This document shows, one piece after another, positions 57,771 through 64,000 of a stretch of 64,000 bases of DNA. How positions within the stretch are numbered: the stretch's first letter is position 1; every line of letters begins with the position of its first letter. Position numbers and translations under genes: made by a program. The notes beneath the pieces are model-generated. The model had not been told where the DNA came from and did not search any database. It saw only the letters and a list, made by a program, of their open reading frames with translations. Source of the DNA: Octopus sinensis. Its lineage: Eukaryota. The DNA lies in NCBI RefSeq assembly GCF_006345805.1, contig NC_043003.1, positions 28,272,001 through 28,336,000 on the forward strand, in the 5' to 3' direction.

Positions 57771-58643
57771 GTTATTTATATTTGTTATTTCCAATTATTT
57801 TAATTTATGTTTGATTTTAAAATTAAGCCATAGTTACTATACTATTTCAGTGTTTTTAATGTTAGGTCTAATTTGTCATCTGTCTAATAAATTTATTTAA
57901 TATTCTAGGTTAGTTATAACAAATTAGAATAGTTTAATGTTTGGTTACATTTATAATCCATTTAATAAGTTTAATTGAATTTCTAAAATTATATTGAGGC
58001 TAATAAAATATGCATCTACAAATAAAATATGCATCTACCCGAAGCCAATCAATTTACGTTTAGATGTTATATGCTTAAATTATTACTTTTTTTATTTTAT
58101 ACCCTATTTATACTCATAATTTTCATTTCTAAAGACATATTCAGAGTAGTGGTAATATGTCTATACTAACAATTTTCAGTTTAATATTGATCTCACAATT
58201 AATTAAATTTTCTAAAAACATATTTTGAGTAGTGGCAACAAGCCAAAATATTTTGTCTCCGAGAATTCAATAGTTTGTGCTGAGATTTTATTATTTAAAA
58301 AATTTCTTAGGTGCATAGGTGGCGTTTTCTATCTGAAATATAAGCCATGCCATGGCTTACAACTTCCCATTTAATCATATAATATCTACCATTATCCTTT
58401 AACATCCATATATTCTTATATTCATTTTATTTTTATTTTTTATTTTCATTTTTAATCTTATTTTTATATTCCTTATATTTTACTTTTATTTTATTTCATT
58501 TTTATCTTATCTTTACTTTATTTCTGCTCATATATAAATCAACTATATAATTGAGAAGTAAATTGGAAAGGAACATAATACCAATACAAGTACATATTGA
58601 TGTACATATGTCATACATACTCGTTGTTATATATATATATATC

Positions 58644-58674
<31 letters not shown>

Positions 58675-58735
58675 ATATATATATATAGTATATTATATAT
58701 AGTATATAGTATATTATATATATATATATATATAG

Positions 58736-58787
<52 letters not shown>

Positions 58788-59686
58788 AATATATATATTT
58801 ACTTTTATAATTGTAGTGGGTGCATACACACACATGCACAAACATAGGTATAATTTTGTTTCACTTTTACTTTATTTCATTCCATGAACAGAAATTTTAT
58901 TTTCCTTTACTTTCTTTTATTCATTATATTAATTTACCCATATATAACCCATCATTCATCATTATTACTACTCTAGGCACAAGGCCCGAAATTTTTTGGG
59001 AGTGAGAGCCAATCGATTAGATTGATACCAGTAGGCAACTGGTACTTAATTAATCGACACCGAAAGGATGAAAAGCAAAGTCGACCTCGGCGGAATTTGA
59101 ACTCAGAACGTAAAGACAGATGAAATACTGCTAAGCATTTCGTCCGGTATGCTAACGTTTCTGCCAGATCGCCGCCTTATTATTACTATTACTATTATTG
59201 AATTGAAATTTCAACGCATGCGTACACACACACACGTAAACATACACGCATAGTAAAATGCTTATATATTCTGTATATTCTGAAAACATCCTCATGTAAT
59301 CCTTATTGTCCTATGTAAGCCCCGATAATTTTCCTTATAAAGTATTTAAAATGTAAAATTATAGTAAAATTATAATTTTATTAATGTTTTGTAATTTTAA
59401 TCTTATTTGAGAAATGAAACAATTGTTGGTTAATACATTGATTAATTAATAAATTAATTTGTATTCATTAGATCTCTTTGTTTTCCAACTCAATAAAAAT
59501 ATTTGATATCTTACGATATTCTATATAATATATCTCTTCAAAATTTACTATATCAAACTAGTGTGTCTTGGATAAATATTCCTATAAGAGGTTTGAATAT
59601 CCTCATTGTGACTATGTATACACACACACACACACATATACATACATAGACACACACACACACACATAAACACGCACACACACACG

Positions 59687-59769
<83 letters not shown>

Positions 59770-60639
59770 CATACATACATACTTACACACATATATAACG
59801 GATATAATTAGACAAGTTTTGGGCTTTATTGCCCCAGGACTTTTTCTAGTTTAATAGCATAACGTGGGGGTAATCTGTTAAGTCATGCTATGGGATACCA
59901 TATCAAACCTGAGTAGGGAGTTGTTGTTTGCCTTGACGCATGTATTTATGTATGCATGCATGTATGTATGTATGTATGTATGTATGTATGTATGTATGTA
60001 TGTATGTATGTATGTATAGACACACTCGCACATAGACACGCTACGTGATGTTATCTGTTTTAAGAAAACATCACCTTGTTTTCGAGAATATCTAAAAAGC
60101 AGAAGTCGAACACTACAATTAACACAAAGCTATGAATAATTGACTTTCAGGACATCACAATAGAACTGATTAGGAGCAGATATGAACCTACATATCAAGC
60201 CTAACAAGTAAAACAGTAAATATACAGAACTCCAATCACTCACCAGCCATAACAAAAAAAAAAAAAAACGTAGATAACATGGAAAAAATTCCCAAAGTAT
60301 CATTTGACAGATATTTTAAACCAAGCCATTGCTCATTATGGTGTGACTTCTGTGGGAAAACAGCACACAAGGAACATTTTCCCCACAAAATAGTAGCATT
60401 AAGAAGAGAAAATTAATTTGTTTTAGCCAACTCTGCAATAGGAATGTAACCATCAACGTAGATAAGGATGTTTGTGTAAAGTATTCGTCACAAGGCATTT
60501 ACTGTAGATAACGAAATAATGACCTATAATTGCAAAGGTAGCAATGCTTTTCGTGTGACAAACCATAATCAAAGGCACACATCTGTTGGAATAACCAGCT
60601 TACAACTGCACAAATACTGCCGGGACAGCGAAACTGAAA

Positions 60640-60935
60640 CCGTTACCATGATCTATAATATCGTAGACAAAGCGTTCCCATACGCCAACGAAGCAAGACA
60701 ATATCATTTGTTGTAATTCAGATTTCGATACAAACCCTAAAATCGTGGAACGAAGGATGTCAAAGCTTTGGAAAACACCACAGAGCGAAAGGGAGTTCGG
60801 GGAGTGGCAAGATGAGGTAATATGTTGGATATCTGGTTTGAGGAATCTGTGAGACTGGCTATGAATGTCCAGCAAGTGCTCACGGAACCTATCTCAGAAA
60901 CAGCATTAGTTTCGCCGAAGTGCGTCATAACCTGC
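60640..60935 (-). mobile_element. Penelope-like GIY-YIG endonuclease C-terminal fragment
   Basis: FGET....RFREHLLDI...KP..QH..S..HS...LSLCG across a frameshift. Confidence 0.7.
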
Positions 60936-60990
60936 ACGGCTTAATAACTACGGGGCATACGTACGTGCGTGTACGTCCATCATGTGTGTA

Positions 60991-61021
<31 letters not shown>

Positions 61022-61413
61022 GCGCGCGAGCGCGTGTGTGTGTGTATGTAACTAGTTGTCTCAGTCGTGTGTATATATTTGTCTTCATTCCAACTTCTCT
61101 TCCTCGATTTCTGAGTGACATCGGGTATTTATTTTTTCTTTCTAGTATATATATATAAATAAATAAAATAAATGCACCCTTTTAAAGCGTAGCCAGGCTC
61201 ATGGGCCCGGTTTCCCAGTTTCAATGGCGTATGTGTTCCCCAGCTGGACGGGACGCCAGTCCATCGCAGCGTTACTCATTTTTGCCAGCTGAGTGAACTG
61301 GAGCAATGTGAAATGAAGTGTTTTGCTCAAGAACACAACGCGTCGCCCGGTCCAAGAATCGAAATCACAATCTTACGATCATGATGCTGACACCCTAACC
61401 ACTAAGCCACGCG

Positions 61414-61450
<37 letters not shown>

Positions 61451-61716
61451 ATGTACGTATGTATGTATGTATGTATGTATGTATGTATGTTGTATGTATG
61501 TATATGTATGCATGTATGTATATAAACATATATACATATATACATATATATATACATTTATACATATACATATATATATATATATATATACGTACATACA
61601 TATAAGTAATTACATATATATATGTACGCACATACATATAAGTAATTACATATATATATATGTACGCACATACACATACACGCACACACACACATACACA
61701 CACACATATATGTGTA

Positions 61717-61755
<39 letters not shown>

Positions 61756-62429
61756 GCATTCGTGCATATTAATATAAAACACACGTACAGACATCGATAT
61801 GCATAACATTTGCAACATCATCTTCTTCATCTGTGTTTCTCACCACAACCGGCAGCAGTCCCACCGCCACTTCCACAGACAAAAAAAATTTACATTTAAT
61901 GTGTCTATTCATAAGTACCTACGCATGAAACCAACAGGGCGCCAAAATATGATCTCAGCCGTCAAGGAGAGCTTAGAAAGGTCTTCCGAGGTGCATATCC
62001 TCCTCCGTATAATAAATATACACATAAGTGCATACATACATACATACATGCATACATACATACATTCACATACACATACATATACATACATACATACATA
62101 CATACATGCATCCATCCATACATACACACACATATACATCTATACGTTTATGCACAAATACATACACACACACATATATGCACACTCATATTTATATAAC
62201 GATGTATATGCAATGACATGATTAAACATACGTATATTGTTTTCAAACATGAATACATCCATCCATATTTATACAGATACATATTTATATTCATACTTAA
62301 CCACATACACATAAATTAACATGTCCGTACCTAAATATGTGTATATTAATGTATACATGTAGGAAAGTGAAAAATTTTTCGTATAATATATTCACCATTA
62401 CACGTATTTCATTTGGTAATAGGAGATAT

Positions 62430-62870
62430 TTACGCGTAGTAGAACATGTAATAAGATATCTCCTACGAGCAAAACGCCCCCCGTCCAATGGACGGTGCTG
62501 AGTTGTCAAACATTTAAACCAAATTTTCTCAAAACAACTTGTCCGACCGTCCCATAGACCTCTCCTTTGAGAAACACTGATTTAACCTAAATTTGAGACA
62601 CCGTGCATTTTTCTCGCGTACACGTAGTATCGATTGTAACAGCTCATGTACTTGCGCGTACAAAAGCACGTTCCCCTCGGCTTTATCGATCGCATTCTTA
62701 CATGGAATCGATTTTTGTAATTTTTTCAAGAATTATGCCTGCCTTTGATATCGTCGGGATCTACATATCAAATTTGAGCGCAATCGGATGGAGGATGCCC
62801 GAGATCCTAGAAGACACACACACACAGACAGAACGGATTTTATCTAATAGATTAGAAATTTTTCAGACTG
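62430..62870 (+). mobile_element. Helentron/DINE-like non-autonomous element
   Basis: 3' signature aaatttgagcgcaatcggatg...gatcct...(CA)n cagacagaacgg..atagatt recalled from this class; not verified by search. Confidence 0.4.
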
Positions 62871-64000
62871 AAAATCAAATAATGCAAAATTAACATTTGG
62901 ATGAAGCGTTTAAATATAGTTAGTAACCCAGTATTCAGTTCTTTAGACAGCTAGAGGGGAAACAAACACAACTAGTTATACAGATGAGAGAGGGGAGAGA
63001 GAGAAAGAGGGAGAGGAGTGTTAAAGAAGGAAGTGTACATTTATGCACAACTAAGCATATGCACACACACACACACACACACACGTATTTGCGTAGATAA
63101 ACACATATATAGATACACACATATACATATATAATTCTTTATTGCCCACGAGGGGGCTAAACATAGTGGAGACAAACAAGGACAGACAAAGGGATTATGT
63201 CGATTACATCGACCCCAGTGCGTAACTGGTACATAATTTATCGACCCCGAAAGGATGAAAGGCAAAGTCGACCTCGGCGAAATTTGAACTCAAAACGTAG
63301 CGTCAGACGAAATACCGCTAAGCACTTCGCCCGGTGTGCTAACGATTCTGCCAGCTCAACGTCTTACACACCTATACGTACACACATATGCATATATACG
63401 CATACATAAACATATATATACATAAATATAATATAATGTAATATAAATAAATACATACATATATATAAATAGAGAGATACACACACACACACATATATAT
63501 ATATATATGCATATATTTTTATACACGAACAAATAAATAATATCATAAACTTTTCCGGTCTTCTGTTTTAATATATTATTCAGCAGAATATATTTCCCAG
63601 TACTTTCAACGCTTATGCATACATCACAAAAATATAACAGCTACATACGGATTTGGAATACGGAAATAAAATAAGCAAAGACGCTTCAAGAGAACACAGC
63701 TTGAAATTTTAATTCCATCTACATATGTGTGTGTATCTGTTTAGTTTAGCTTGGGAAAAAGCTTCGTAATTCGTTCTTAAAAGCTTCTATGCTTCTCGTT
63801 GCCGGCTACCACCTGTTAATTCCATCTCCCAGGGTAATCCAATGGTTATACACGTGGAACTCCTTTCAGCTTAGGATAATCGTAATAATAACAATAATGA
63901 CATGCAGATGGAAATTCATAGGTTTTATTAATGCATCAGAGCATATGTTTCTACACCCCACATGATCATTGGGTTTTTCATATATTACTTGAGATTCCTC

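Overview
AT-rich animal genomic DNA dense in microsatellites and SINEs. The SINE families and repeat landscape suggest a coleoid cephalopod, most likely Octopus (inference, no database search run). There is one 100-N gap at 55517-55616. The only protein-coding signal I can support is two in-frame, canonically spliced minus-strand exons (12606-12721 and 8677-8886). They encode the second half of a HormR domain and the start of a GAIN-like helical region of an adhesion-type GPCR; the GPS and 7TM exons are not visible here. The rest is intron or intergenic DNA with three tRNA-derived SINE families, decayed LINEs (R4/Dong-like, RTE), Penelope-like fragments, a Ty3/Gypsy 3' end with its LTR, a mariner relic and two MITEs. 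The most striking structure is about a dozen type I hammerhead ribozyme (HHR) motifs from several unrelated short elements, found as direct-repeat units, tandem arrays, an inverted dimer, palindromes and inside a tRNA-headed SINE. Three have intact cores and the rest carry core mutations. Almost all ORFs in the supplied track are microsatellite artefacts. SINE and degenerate-element boundaries are approximate.
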